In this document: positions 11,826 through 24,499 of the stretch, one piece after another | Layout: each line of letters opens with the position of its first letter | Numbering within the stretch: position 1 is the first letter of the stretch | Assembly: GCF_020745735.1 (NCBI RefSeq) | Contig: NC_083402.1 | Span: forward strand, 85,636,004 to 85,700,003 | DNA length: 64,000 nucleotides | Source: Hemiscyllium ocellatum | Taxonomy: Eukaryota | Reading direction: 5' to 3' | Made by a program: the position numbers and the translations under genes | The notes under the pieces: model-generated | Seen by the model: the letters and a program-made list of their open reading frames with translations, nothing else | Told to the model about the DNA's origin: nothing | Databases searched by the model: none

Positions 11826-11918
11826 ATGATGAAGGACTTACACATGAAACATTGATTCTCCTGCTTCTCAGATACTGCCTGACCTGCTGTGCTTCTCCAG
11901 CAACACACTCTAGACTCT
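11826..11918 (+). mobile_element. Degenerate Penelope-like terminal fragment
   Basis: tgatgaaggacttacacatgaaacattgattctcctgct...tgcctgacctgctgtgcttctccagcaacac is a diverged copy of the 8510 family. Confidence 0.65.
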
Positions 11919-12517
11919 ATGTGATTTATGTCCTAACTTCCTTATTCTGCTTGGACAACATCATTTTTTTATAAAAACCCATGTCATTGGTAGCAATATT
12001 TACCACTACCTCTGGCTGTATGACAACGTCAGAGTAGTGCTTGACAAGTCTGAGAGAGAGCTCTTCCAATCTTCATATCAGTTCTCAAATATTGGTAAGG
12101 AGGACATTGTAGTGTCAGCAGGAGTGTGCTTACCATTGACATTTCCATTACCTAAATGAATGCCAGGTTGTGTGTTTGGTAGCATTCCTTTTTTGAGACT
12201 TTTTAATGGTTGACACAGATGAGTGGCTGCTTGACCATTTCAGAGAGTAGTTAAAAGTCAACTGCACAGCTGTGGGCTGGAGTCACATATAGGTCAGACC
12301 CACTAAGTCTGGCAGCTTTCTTCCTCTCAAAAGTGAATTGTCTTGGGGAAATCGGTGAATCTGATAGTTTGTATAACAATTGACTATGGTTTCATAGTCA
12401 CCATTCACTATATTCCTGTATAACCTTAAGTTGTGAGGTCACCATATCCAGAAAAGTACTATCAATAAAATCTGTTCACATGAGTGATTCTAATTGCTGC
12501 TCATACTCCAAAGTAAT

Positions 12518-12841
12518 CATGATTTGGAGATGCTGGTGTTGGACTGGGGTGTACAAAGTTAAAAATCACACAGCACCAGGTTATAGTCCAACAAGTTTAA
12601 TTGGAAGCACACTAGCTTTTGGCGTGCTGCTCCTTCATCAGGTGATAGTGGAGGACACAATCCTAAGGCACAGAATTTATAGCAAAAATACATCACACTG
12701 TAAATTTTTGCAATAAATTCTGTGCCTTAGGATTGTGTCCTCCACTATTACCTGATGAAGGAGCAGCACGCCAAAAGCTAGTGTGCTTCCAAATAAACCT
12801 ATTGGACTATAACCTGGTGCTGTGTGATTTTTAACTTTGTA
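12518..12841. mobile_element. Second Penelope-like family: ~138-bp-arm palindrome with decayed hammerhead
   Basis: Arms 12552-12689 and 12704-12841 are near-perfect reverse complements. Each contains cCTGATGAaggagcagcacgccaaaagcta. Confidence 0.75.
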
Positions 12842-13440
12842 TTCTCCCAAGCCAGAGCTTGAGCTATTTCAACTGATGACAGGTCTTCCACAATATTGTC
12901 CAGCACAAGAGAAATGTCCCAGAGTGCTCACAGGAACAGAATGCTGACTCCATGGAACTGAGATTCCCTGCCATGCATTGATTCTTTGGATAACTAACTA
13001 AGTTGGCAGAAAAGACAATTAAATACTTGTCGGTTACTGACCAATCAAATGCTTTCCTTGTGTTGACATTGCTTTATGTAACATAAATATTTTACTTAAT
13101 TCATCATTTCGATATCTTATGTTAATTTACTGAAAAATGCAGAAACATTTAGTTTATAAATTACAAATTTTTACCTAGATTCATTTATTGAACATTAGTC
13201 ATAAGTATAACGTTGTATATTGAAGTGACTATAATTTAAAACTAATTGACAGATCTGGGTTTTTCTTTAGAGTAAATTAATTTAATTATATTATAATAAA
13301 TATGAAAGCTTGTCAATGGGCCTACCCATGTGAATCCTTGTGCTGGTCAAATCACTTGGTAACGCATCGCACCCTCTCACCATGGGTCCTTTCCATTACT
13401 GTGCTTTACTGGCGTCATATTAATGCTAGCATCATACTTA

Positions 13441-13658
13441 GCTGAAAATATGTTGCTGGAAAAGCACAGCAGGTCAGGCAGCATCCAAAGAGCAGGAGAA
13501 TCGACGTTTCGGGCAAGAGCCCTTCTCCTGAAGAAGGGCTCATGCCCGAAACGTCGATTCTCCTGCTCTTTGGATGCTGCCTGACCTGCTGCGCTTTTCC
13601 AGCAACACATTTTCAGCTCTGATCTCCAGCATCTGCAGTCCTCATTTTCTCCTCCTTT
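13441..13658 (+). mobile_element. Palindromic Penelope-like terminal element with intact hammerhead core
   Basis: CTGAAGA (13528-13534) A GGGC TCAT GCCC GAAACGTC (13548-13555), with an inverted left arm at 13441-13525. A 14-bp TSD tagcatcatactta lies at 13427-13440 and 13659-13672. Confidence 0.85.
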
Positions 13659-13673
13659 TAGCATCATACTTAC

Positions 13674-13889
13674 CCAAGTAGTGCTGATGAGATTATTGCC
13701 CCACTTTCTACACTGCACCCAATTCTGCCTAAAGACTCCTTTGATACTGACCTCTGTTGTAACCTCTGTCAAGGCCACCTCCCAGTCAGTGGGATAGGAT
13801 CTCCGGATGCTGTTGATGAGGAAGAGCACCTCCTGCAGTTTCTGGGCAAGGAATGTATGCAGAAGGGTTTCACTAAACCAGTCAAGCAT
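13674..13889 (-). mobile_element. PIF/Harbinger-type Myb/SANT-like gene exon remnant
   Basis: DWFSETLL...QEVLF...WEVALTEVTTEVS...RQNWVQCRKWGNNL follows the Myb/SANT-like pattern (FS..L..L...LF...W..VA..VS...RTW.QCRKRWNDL). It ends at a TGG|gtaagt donor. Confidence 0.55.
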
Positions 13890-15397
13890 CTCTTCTCTAC
13901 TCTGAGCATAGAATGTTCCCCGCTTTGATATCTATCACAGAATAGGACAAACAAGTTTAGGAGTCAGATTCCTTTCTGCCTTTACAACACTGAAGTTGCT
14001 GTTTCAGAAATGCTGCAGGCAGATCACAGTGCTACTGGTACTTGGATTTCTGAACCCATCAGCTATTGGAGGATTCAGTCTTACTTCTTGCCCCAGCCGG
14101 CTGTTGTGTAATGGTAGCTGGCTAATTGTTTTGATTACGAGGAAAATGCCACCCATTTCTGCATCTGCTGTGAGGCCCTTTGCAGCAATGACTAAATTTT
14201 GTGCTGTGTGTTAGTACTACTCATGTTGATGAGTCATTGCAAACCTATTTGTGAAGCCTACTGATAGAAAATCTGTTGAATACTTTCAACTGATAGCAAG
14301 TTATAAAATGGTTAGAAACAAAATTCATTGACTATACTGTTCTAAGTTTACGCTTTCATATTGGCAAAAGCAGTCTAATCTTTTCCAGTCTTTGCCATTC
14401 ACTTAATTCCCAATTGTCTGTAACTTGCAATAGTTCAATGGATCAATACAATAAAGAAGTATCACAACTGACTTCAGCAGTCCCTTATTAAGGAAGAGAA
14501 AATGGAATCAGGTTATTGATCACTCCTGCATGCTGGAAGTACATATCAAAGAAGTCATTGATGACTTTATGTGAAATGAAGATATTTCAACATCAAGTAT
14601 TGTCCTTTTTGAGGTGGGAAGTGGGATCAGGTCTGCTTCTGGATCAAAAGCCAGCTTTCAGCGGGAAACTAACGAAGCACTGGATTTGCCAGGAGTGAAC
14701 CTTTGTGTTAAGCAGCTGGGAGCTGGAAGGGTGGCAGGTATTGGATATTATAGGCAGCCATCACTGAGGCTGCTGGTCGCCTTGAAAGATACTAGTAATT
14801 CCAAAGGAAAATCATGCTCATTTTAACTCAATTTCTCATCCCACATATTATTGTCAAACCTGTTGAATAATTCCAGCATTTGATTTCCCACTTACCATTA
14901 CATTTATACATTTTGCGGTTAATAACTTGAACATTCGTATCTTATTTTTATTTTTTTTCTGTTTTTATTTGGTGTTACTGTTGTTGTTAAATTCACTTCC
15001 TTTCTGACCCACTGTTTCTTATTTTTACCCAGTTACTATTACTGCTTATGAGTTTTCTTTTCACTAAGTCTTTCTAGCTCCTACATCAACTTGAAACATT
15101 ACTTCCACCTTAGTTATTCCAGTGCCAGCACACACGGATTGAAACCTTTCCCACATATATCATTTAATCAACCTACATTTAACCATTTAATCTGTTATCT
15201 CTATGTCAGTTTGTGCAATCCACCCGAGCATTCCTGCATTTTAATTTTACTCCTTAAGGTCTTTAAGTTGTACTTAGTTTCTATTCCTACCAATCTCCCT
15301 GGTTCCAAGGTGGATTATGATAACTGGTCCCTTCCTGTTCCACTACAAGTTTTCCACCAGCGATAAACAGATGTCTTATCCTGGCCTGGGGCAGACA

Positions 15398-15866
15398 GAA
15401 GTCAAAACGTGTGGCACTGGAAAAGCACAGCTAATCAGGCAGCATCCAAGGAGCAGGAGAGTCAACATTTCGACACAGGAATGTGGAGGAGGTCCAAGGG
15501 GGCTGAGAGATAAATGGGAGGGGGAGGTGGGACTGGGGAGAAGGCAGCTGCAAATGCAATGGGTAGATGCAGGTGGGAGGTGATGGTGATAGTTCAGTGC
15601 TGAGTTGGAAGGTTGGATCTGGGATAAGGTGGGGGAGGGCAGATGAAGAAACCGGTGAAATTGGCATTTATCCCGCGTGGTTGGAGGGTAAGGCAGAAGA
15701 TAAGGCATTCTTCCTCCAGCCATTGGGTGGCTAGAATCTGGGGGTGGAGGCGGCCCAGGACTTGCATGTCCTTGGCAGAAAGGGAGAGGGAGTTAAAGTG
15801 TTTGGCCACAGGGTGGTGGGGTTGCTTAGTGTGTGTGTCCTGGAGATGTTCTCTGAAACGTTCTGA
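15398..15866 (-). mobile_element. Penelope-like element 3' end (GIY-YIG endonuclease C-terminus + terminal repeat)
   Basis: ERFREHL...HPVAKHFNS.S.SAKDMQVLG...LEEECLIF.LTLQPRGIN is the PLE GIY-YIG C-terminus. It is followed by a pyrimidine-rich spacer and the same terminal repeat, with the hammerhead core deleted. Confidence 0.85.
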
Positions 15867-16205
15867 ACTCCATATCATACTGTAGTGAGTGGTATGCATT
15901 TCTCTGACTATGCTGGCTCCAACACTGTGACATACCCTTTCACAATCCCGACTTGAAGAGCTTTCTGTATCAATGCTGTGGTTAGTTTGCTCATTTGCAA
16001 GCAAATATTTAGGAAGTTGAACACAGAACTCCTCATTTTTTAGAACCGTAGAACTAAAGAGGGTTCCAGCACTGTTATTTTGTCTATCATATCACTCAGT
16101 GTAGTCTTTGCTAGAATAATTCCAAACTGGTCCACAAACACATTGTTTTCCCCTCTTATAGACATTTGTCCATGTTTCCCATGCAATAGTGTTGCCTCAA
16201 CTTCT

Positions 16206-16533
16206 AGGAGAAAGTGAGGACTGCAAATGCTGGAGATCAGAGCTGAAAATGTGTTGCTGGAAAAGCGCAGCAGGCCAGGCAGCATCCAAGGAGCAGGAGA
16301 ATCGACGTTTCGGGCATGAGCCCTTTTTCAGGAATGAGGAAAGTGCGCCCAGCAGGCTAAGATAAAAGATAGGGAGGAGGGACTTGGGGGAGGAGCATAA
16401 GAAATGTGATAGGTGGAAGGAGGTTAAGGTGAGGGTGATAGGCCGGAGTGGGGGTGGGGGCGGAGAGGTCAGGAAGAAGATTGCAGGTTAGGAAGGTGGT
16501 GCTGAGTTCAATGGTTGGGACTGAGACAAGCTC
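16206..16533 (-). mobile_element. Penelope-like 3' UTR + terminal repeat
   Basis: Full terminal repeat whose hammerhead reads CTGAAAA (core G lost). 14-bp TSD with 1 mismatch: ttgcctcaacttct (16192-16205) and ttgcctcaacatct (16534-16547). Confidence 0.8.
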
Positions 16534-18564
16534 TTGCCTCAACATCTGTCCTGGGTAACAGTCCCACCCATCATTAAATTTCTGCTTAAAAGAATTTCTC
16601 ATAAAACTTTCTTCTTTTTATTCTAGTCACCATTTTAGATTGATGGTTCTGCAATATTAATTTTCCAACCAAACAAAGTCCTTTTTCCTTATTCACCAGA
16701 TCAAAACCCTTCATACTTTTAAATTATTCTGTTTAATCACCACTTGCTTTCTCTGCTTCAGTAGAAAAGTCTCTAATGTTTTAAAGGCATTTTTGGCCAT
16801 CCCCAACAATATTTTGGTGAATGTGTCAATGTTCAACACTGCCAACTGCAGCTTAACGTTATTTCTTTACTCTTGTAGTCAATGCCAGTTCATAACATTC
16901 AAAATATTATTGACATTATTGTGAATTTATGGACATAAACTTACATTTCCAGGGAAATATCTAATGGAAATCCTTATTCTCTATTCATCCACACTCTGCA
17001 CTACTTTTACCTGTAGTGTACAGCGTCATTCATTATTTTTCTTCCTAAAATATAAGACTTCACAAATGTTCACGTTACATTGAATCTGCTACATGACTGC
17101 CTGTTCAGCCATCATGTCCATATCCTCCTGAGATTTTTACAATTGCCTTGCTCTTCTCAGAAATGCTTATTTTCTGTCACGAGCAAATTTTGATATTGTC
17201 ACTTTTTATTCAAATCATTTGGAGGTATACATTTTGAAAACAAAAGTGTACCCATATTGATCCAAGTTATACACCAATACAATGCTTTACAATCAATCAA
17301 AACAACACCCATTAGCACCAACACTATTTAATGCTTGTAAACCAATTTTCTTTTCATGTCTTTTCCTGTCTTATTATATATGTACATGCCATATCTCTTA
17401 AATGGTGCACATACATTTTTGGAAACACTTTACAAAATGCCATCATTATATAAGAAAGGAGCTCCCAAGCTCCTAGATAGTTCTTTTAAAAAATGTAGTT
17501 GCCCTAATATATTTTTACACCTGATATACTGTAATCCCCATTATTATTGAACAGCTGCCTTCCAGTTGTGACAGATTTGAATGGAATACAACTAATGACA
17601 ATAAACTTGCCACTAAAAGAAAAAAATCCTATAAAAATATAGTTTACATTATGTACATTTCATTCTGCTTTAACCTCGATTCATGTTATACTACAGGAAA
17701 TTGTATATTCATAAGTGTCTGGATACATTTAACCACAAAAGAGAGAACAACTAGGCTTATCAAAATTGCAGCTGTTTTTCAAACTAATAGAGTAGTCCTC
17801 AGGGGCTACCACAAGGAAGTAGAAGGAAGACTTTGAAATGTAACAGATGGAATTTATTTAAAATAAATTAAGCCTTTGGCTACAGCTATAACAAGCAACT
17901 ATTGCTTTTCCTAATGCTGCAACCCAGCATTGACCCTTAATCTTCTGTTCACATTGGATGGTTTCCTCCAGACCTAGCTGTAATTCCTGAAGGAATTCTG
18001 ATGTGCCTCCTGTTTTGCTTGCGATCTGCTTCCCTTGTTTCCCAAAAAAGCTGAAAGATAACTGATGGTAGAGCAAAATACTTAAGGAATGTCTTGCATT
18101 TCACTATATGGACTGCAATGCCACATATCTTTGATTAGATTCAAGCTCTTATAAAGTTATGTCAATCAGTTTCTTTTTTGAACAACTTTATTCTTCCTTT
18201 AAAGTGCATCAGGCCTTTACTATATTCCTTGCACACTCTGCTCTAACTTCGTTTAAGTTTGCTTATCTTCAGTTGAACTCATTGTCGAATGACGTTGTTA
18301 ACCTAAAGAAGGCCTTTTGTAGATATTTGCTCAGAGAAATAAAAATTAATGCAATTTCATTGAATTTTATGTTATCCTAAACTAGGAACAAAAAAAAGTG
18401 CCACACTCAAGTGAGTTAATACGCCCAAACAGTTCCCAAAACATTTGTTGGGACAATTTGCCCTTTACATTGCACTGAGGGAATTCTCAACTCTTAGGTA
18501 CAAAGCAGGGAACAAAAAACACAGGATTAGACACTCTTAATAACTCTCAGGTTTCCATAATTTC

Positions 18565-20430
18565 TTTTGATTTGATTAATCATTGTCACATGTACCGAGA
18601 TACAATGATGAGTATTGTTTTATGTGCTATCCTGGCAAATCATACGTTATATAAGTGCATCAAGGTAACAGAGCAGAGCGCAGAATGTCACATTCAGATG
18701 GGGTGCAGAGAAAAGTCAACGTTAATATATGAGGGATCTGTTCAAAAGTCTGATAACAGCAGGGAAGAAGCTGTCCTTGAATCTGCTGGTACGTGTGTTC
18801 AAACTTTTCTATCTTCTGCCTGATGGAAGTGGATAAAAGAGGGTATGATTGGGGTGGTGGGGATGGTGGGATGCTTTCCTGAGGCAATAGGATGCACAAA
18901 TGGAGTCAGTGGAAGGAAGACTGGTTTGTGTGAAGGATTTGTCTGTATTCACGTCTCTCTGTAATCTATTGCAGGCTTGGGCAGAACAGTTGCCATACCA
19001 ACCTGTGATGCATCTGAATTGGATGCTATCTATGGTGCATTGATAAGAGTCATTGTGGACATGCCAGATTTCCTTAAGCCTTTGGAGGAAGTAGACACTT
19101 TTGGGGTGCATTCTTGACTGTGGCATTGATGTAGATGGACCAGGACAGGTTGTTCGTGATAATTACTCTTAGGAACTTGAAGGTCTCGACCATCTTCACC
19201 TCTGCACCATTGATACAGGCAGGGGTGTGTCCTCCACTCTAGTTCCTGAATTTGATGGCCAGCTCCCTTTGTTTTGCTTGTATTGAAGGAAAGGTATGTA
19301 TATTGTTGTGTTTACACCAAGTTACTAAGTTGTCTATTTCTTTCCTGCACTCTGTCTCACCATTGTTTAAGATCCTATCCCTTATGGTGGTGTAACCAGC
19401 AAACTTGCAAATGGAGCAGAGTGTATAAGGTGTATAATAAGAGGCTGAGTATGCAATCTTGTGGGGCACCAGTGTTGAGGATTATTGTGGACGGGGTATC
19501 ATCACCTATCCTTACTGATTACGGTCCATGAGTCAGGAAGTGGAGGATCCAGTTGCAGAGGGGGGAGCAGTATCCTGAGTCTTGGAGTTTTGAAATTAAT
19601 TTGGTTGGATTTATGGTATTGAAGGCAGAGCTAAAGTCAACAAGTAGGACTCTGATGTAGGTGTCTTTGTTATCCAGATGTTTCAGGGATGAGTATAGGA
19701 TCCTGGAGTTGGCATCTGCCCTGGACCAGTAGCCAAATTGTAATGGATCATAGCAATCTGGGACACTGGTGTTGATGTGTGCCATTACTAACTTCTCAAA
19801 GCACAAACCTTCACAAATCTTGCACTTCATACTGACGGATGTCAGAGCCACTATTCATTAAGGCAAGTTGCCTGATTTTTATTAGACACTGAGATGATAA
19901 TGGTCTTTTTGAAGCAAATTGTAACCTCAGATAGGAATAAGGACAGGCTAAAGATGTCAGCAAATACTCCCACCAGTTGGTTACACAGGATCTGAAAGTA
20001 CAGCCAGGGACTCTAGCTGGGCTAGTCGCTTTCTGTGGGTTCATCCTAAAGAAGGCTGATTTGAGGTCTGCGGTGGTGACTGTGGGTACAGGTACACACA
20101 GGGCTGTTGGGGCAGGTGACAGCATTTCACTGACCTTCTATTCCAGACAAGCATAGAAGGCTAGAGCTTATCGGGAAAGGATGCATTCGTGTCAGCAATT
20201 CTACTCAAACTCACTTTATAGCCTGTTATATTATAGCCACAGTTAATAAGGGTTGTCTGGTAGTTCTGGGATTCTAGCTTAGTCTGGTATTGTCTCTTGG
20301 CATCCCTGATGGTCTTGCGAAGATCATACCTAGATTTCCTGTTCGGGTCACTTGACTTGAATGCCTTAAACCTGACTTCAGCAGGGAGTGGATCTCCTGG
20401 TTCATCCATAGTGTCCAGTTGGGGAACTTA
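18565..20430 (-). mobile_element. Rex1/Babar LINE, degenerate
   Basis: DPLQFGY..RADA...[34 protein letters not shown]...[23 protein letters not shown] and LPSGRR motifs, plus the (tcaaa)n tail. Confidence 0.88.
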
Positions 20431-20441
20431 CAGGTTACCTT

Positions 20442-21230
20442 AGAATCATAGAGATGGATAGGATGGAAACAGACCCTTTGGTCCAACTCTTTCAGATATC
20501 CTAAATTAATCTAGTTCAATTTGCCAGAAATTGGCTCTTATCCCTCTAAACCCTTGCTATTCATATATCCATCCAAATGCCTTATAAATGTTGTATTGTA
20601 CCAGCCTCCACCATTTCTTTTGGAAGATAATTTCATGACAAGCACTACCGTTGTGTCAAAATATCAGATCCCTTTTAAGTCTTTCCCCTCTCATGTTAAC
20701 CCTATGCCTTCTAGTTTTGAATTCCCCTACCTTGGAGGAAAGACTTTGATTATTCTCCCTATCCATGTCCCTTATGGTTTTATAAACGTCTAGAAGGTCA
20801 CCCTTCAGCCTTCAATGTCCCAGGGAAAATAGCTCCAGCCTATTCAGCGCCCCCCTGTAGTTCAAACCCTCCAACCCTGGCAACATCCTTGTAAATCTTT
20901 TCTGAACACTTTCAAGTTTCACAACATCTGTCCTAAAGCAGGGAGACCAGAATTGAATGCAATATTCCAAAAGTGGCCTAACCAATGTCCTGTACAGGCA
21001 CAACATGACCTCCCAACTCCTTTACTCAGTGCACTGACCAATAAAGGCAAGCATACCAAATCCCTTCTTCCCTACTTGGTCTACCTGAGACTCTACTTTC
21101 AAGTAACTATGAAGCTGCACTTCAAGATCTCTTTGTTTGGCTATACTCCCCAGAACCTTACCATTAAGTGTATAAGTCCTGCCCTGATTTGCCCTACCAA
21201 AATGTAGCACCTTACATTTATCTAAACTTC
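20442..21230 (-). mobile_element. CR1 LINE 3' fragment
   Basis: LHFGRANQGRTYTLNG and LYRTLVRPLLEYCIQFWSP...KLESVQKRFTRMLPGLEGL. Confidence 0.88.
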
Positions 21231-21231
21231 A

Positions 21232-21518
21232 GGGGTGGCACGGTGGCTCAGTGGTTAGCACTGCTGCCTCACAGTGCCAGGGTCTCAGGTTTGATTCCAG
21301 CCTCGGATGACTGTCTGTGTGGAGTTTGCACATTCTCCCCGTGTCTGTGTGGGTTTCCTCCCACAATCCAAAGATATGGAGATTAGTTGAATTGGCCATG
21401 CTAAATTGTCCATAGTGTTAGGTACATTAGTCAGAGGAGGGTGGATTACTCTTCAGAGGATTGCTGTGGACTTGTTGGGCTGAAGGGCCTGTTTCCACAC
21501 TGCAGGGAATCTAATCTA
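21232..21518 (+). mobile_element. V-SINE (HE1-like) inserted in CR1
   Basis: tRNA head, V-domain and aatct tail. atctaaact occurs on both flanks (likely TSD). Confidence 0.85.
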
Positions 21519-21559
21519 AACTCCACCTACCACTCCTCGGCTTAAGGGCCCATGTGGCT

Positions 21560-22800
21560 AACTCTATCCTTATTTCATTGTAATTCCTCTTATTTAACAG
21601 CTATTTCTGACCAGATTTTTCATTCTTAAACTGAATAATAAATTCTACCATCTTAAGATCACTACTTCCTTGGAGATAATTTCATCTGAGGTCATTATTT
21701 AAACTTGCCTCATTGCCCATTACCAAATCAAGATAGCCTGCTCCCTGGTGGACATATCATTTTGGAAAACTACCCCTGATTCACTCTATGAATTCATTGT
21801 CATAGCTACCCTTGCTAATTTGTTTACCCCAATTAACATAAATAATACAATAATTTAATTATTGCTCTATTCCTTTTACATACTCTAATTATTTTTTTGA
21901 TTTACAGCATTTCTAACAGAGTGGCTACTGCTTGGAGTTCTATACATTACTGCTCCCAATGTCTTCTTTATCTTGCTGTATTTTTAACCTCTGCCCAAAT
22001 GGACTGTACATCATCTGAGCCTGAATCATCTTTCACAACTGTGCTCATTTCATTGCTTATTAACAGTGCTGCCCTCCCATCTTTTCCGTCCCTCCCGTCT
22101 CGCCAAAAGGTCAAATATCCCTGATTGTTAAGTTCACAGTTTTTGTCTCCTTGTAACCAGCTTTCCATAATGGCTATGACATCATATTAGTTTATAGATG
22201 GACCATCTGCTCATCTACTGTATTCCAACTCCTATATGCACAAACAAATGAAGCCTTTAAACGTATTCTATTATCAAATTTCCTTACGTTACTATAGTTC
22301 CTTGGTGCAATATGACATTCACACATTGTGTTCCTTTTACTTTGGGGCAACAATCAGCCCCAACACTACCCAGCAATTCTACCTTCTCCCTCACCTTTCT
22401 AACTTTCCATGCCACTGGTGTCAATGTTTCATGAATTTAAGCCCATTTCTCCCATGTCAATCTTTCGCCGTATATTTACCTCTCTAATCTTGTTGTCGCT
22501 GTGCCAATTTGCTCATGGCTCAGGTATTAATCCAGAGTATTACGTTTTTGGTTCTGCTTTTTAATTTAGCCTCTGGCTGCTCATATTCCCTCAGCAGGAT
22601 CTCTTTCCTCTTTCCACCTGTAGGAAGTCATTGGTATCTTTATAAAGCACAACTGCATCTTTCCCCTCCCACTCCAACTTACATTCCAGCCCATAGGAGA
22701 TATCCTGAACCTGGGCACCAAGCAGGCAACACAGCCTTCAGGATCTGTGAGCCTGGTTACACAGAACAGTGTTTATTCCCCTGACTATTCTATTTTCAAT
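21560..22800 (-). mobile_element. CR1 LINE 5' part (APE endonuclease region)
   Basis: ESWLQGD...LNNQGYLTFWRDGRDGKDGRAALLI...DVQSIWAEVKN resembles the CR1 endonuclease (ETWL...GY..FR.DR..GKGGGVALL). Confidence 0.7.
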
Positions 22801-23214
22801 TACAAATATATTTCACCTTTCTTACCCCTATTCGTAATACAGCAGATTTTACTAAAATCTTTAATCTTTTGGAAGATGGCAAATTAAGTATTCAGTGTTA
22901 ATGCAATTAAATTTTTGTCTTCAAAATATCTTCCCTCGATATCAATAACATTTACTTAATAGAAAGGTTTCGTTCAATTAAAGGGATATAATATCTGATT
23001 GCATAGACTGCAAATTCATGAATTTCCCAAATATAATAGTTTTATGATTTTCCACCTCTGGTTTTTATCTGTACATTCACCACTGACAATGCACTTAACA
23101 CTGATATTTTACTGGATACCGCATTTGTGCCAATACAGTGATTGATCCTAATAAGTTGGGAACACAGGAACACGAGTAAGCAATTCAGCCCATTGAGAAT
23201 GCCCTGCCATTCAG

Positions 23215-24490
23215 AGGCGGTGGTGACATAGTGGTAATGTCAATGGTTCATGTCCTTGAAACATTGATTTTGTATCCCATCACAGCAGATGGTGAGATTT
23301 GAAATCAATAAAGATTTGGAATTGAAAGTGTTACATTACAAACAGCCAAAACGAAGCAGTCTTTCTACCTTTGTATTCACAACACAGTAAAAATAAACTG
23401 TTGAAGAACGTGCCATCACTCCCAAATAGTCACTCTAATAGCTCCTAACAAGATTTTTGATTAACCAAAACCAGACAGTGAATAATTAATTTCTAGACAC
23501 CACTTTTGTGTCTTAAATAAAAGACTTAATTTATTAAATATAAACATTAGCAGAGAGAAAATTAAATGGAACAGTAAGCTGATTAGCTTTAAGCTCAAAA
23601 CATTTGTTTTCAACCCATTCAAAAGACAGACAGATGGACAAACAAAGAAATAAATAAAAGAAAATAACAAATTGGCCAGATTACTTAAATGTCGTTCACT
23701 ATGCAATGTTTATAGGCACAAATGTAGACTGTTTCTCTGGAAACATCGATCAGGGTTACCTTCTCAGTTCACCCAGGCAAAGGCATCAAAACTTCGAATG
23801 TAGCTTTCCTTTCTTTGGGCTTCCAGACGCTGGTGTATCAGATTAAGAAGGGAGGTTTCAAATCGTCATGCTGTCTGAGCAGTAGCCCAACACCATCTCT
23901 CAGAAGGTATTGTTCAAAGATAGACTAATTCACTCTCCCTGAGGCCTCAGTCACCTTTCAACAACTGCCATCTGTTTGAACATGGCATCTCTTTCATACT
24001 TATTGGGACCAACCCCCAGCTACTGACTTTGTTGTATCCAATTTCTGCTACCTGTTTAAGCACAATGTTTTCTCCAGGGGTTGCCATATACATTAGGAAC
24101 TTTTAATCAAGGCTAAGCATTAGCCTCCAGACCAGGCCTCACAAACAAGCATAGCTTGCGTAGTCTTTTTTTTCTTTTTTAAATCCAAGCTGTCCCAAAA
24201 TACATCAGTCATTTCCAACTCATAATTCAAAATTTATAAAATAAAAATAATGAAAAATCAGCCAGGGTTCTAACAAAAGCTCGTCTAATGGCAACCATGT
24301 AACCATTGTCAATTCATGTAAATACGCATGTCCTTTCGGGTTCACTTAATGTCCTTTAGGAAAGGAAATCTGCCAGCTTCACCCGGTCTGCCTATATATG
24401 ACTCCAGACCAATGTGAGTGACTGCCCTGTAAGCAATTTGGGGTGGAAGATAAATGCTGGCCGATCCAACACGCCCACATCCTGTGAATG
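23215..24490 (+). mobile_element. tRNA-headed shark SINE split in two by an LTR insertion
   Basis: The 5' half (gtggtgacatagtggtaatgtca...ggaattgaaag) continues at 24276 (aaagctcgtctaatggcaacc...ggttcacttaatgtcctttagg...ataaatgctggcc). It is colinear with the copy at 63835-64000. Confidence 0.65.
23329..24275. mobile_element. Solo LTR (947 bp)
   Basis: Begins TGTTA and ends TAACA, with a 4-bp TSD aaag (23325-23328, 24276-24279). It interrupts an otherwise contiguous SINE. Confidence 0.7.
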
Positions 24491-24499
24491 TTTCTGTTT

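Noticed and set aside
17858-18330. Possible additional minus-strand exons
   Set aside because: No recognisable protein, and candidate acceptor-initiated frames near 18300 hit stops.
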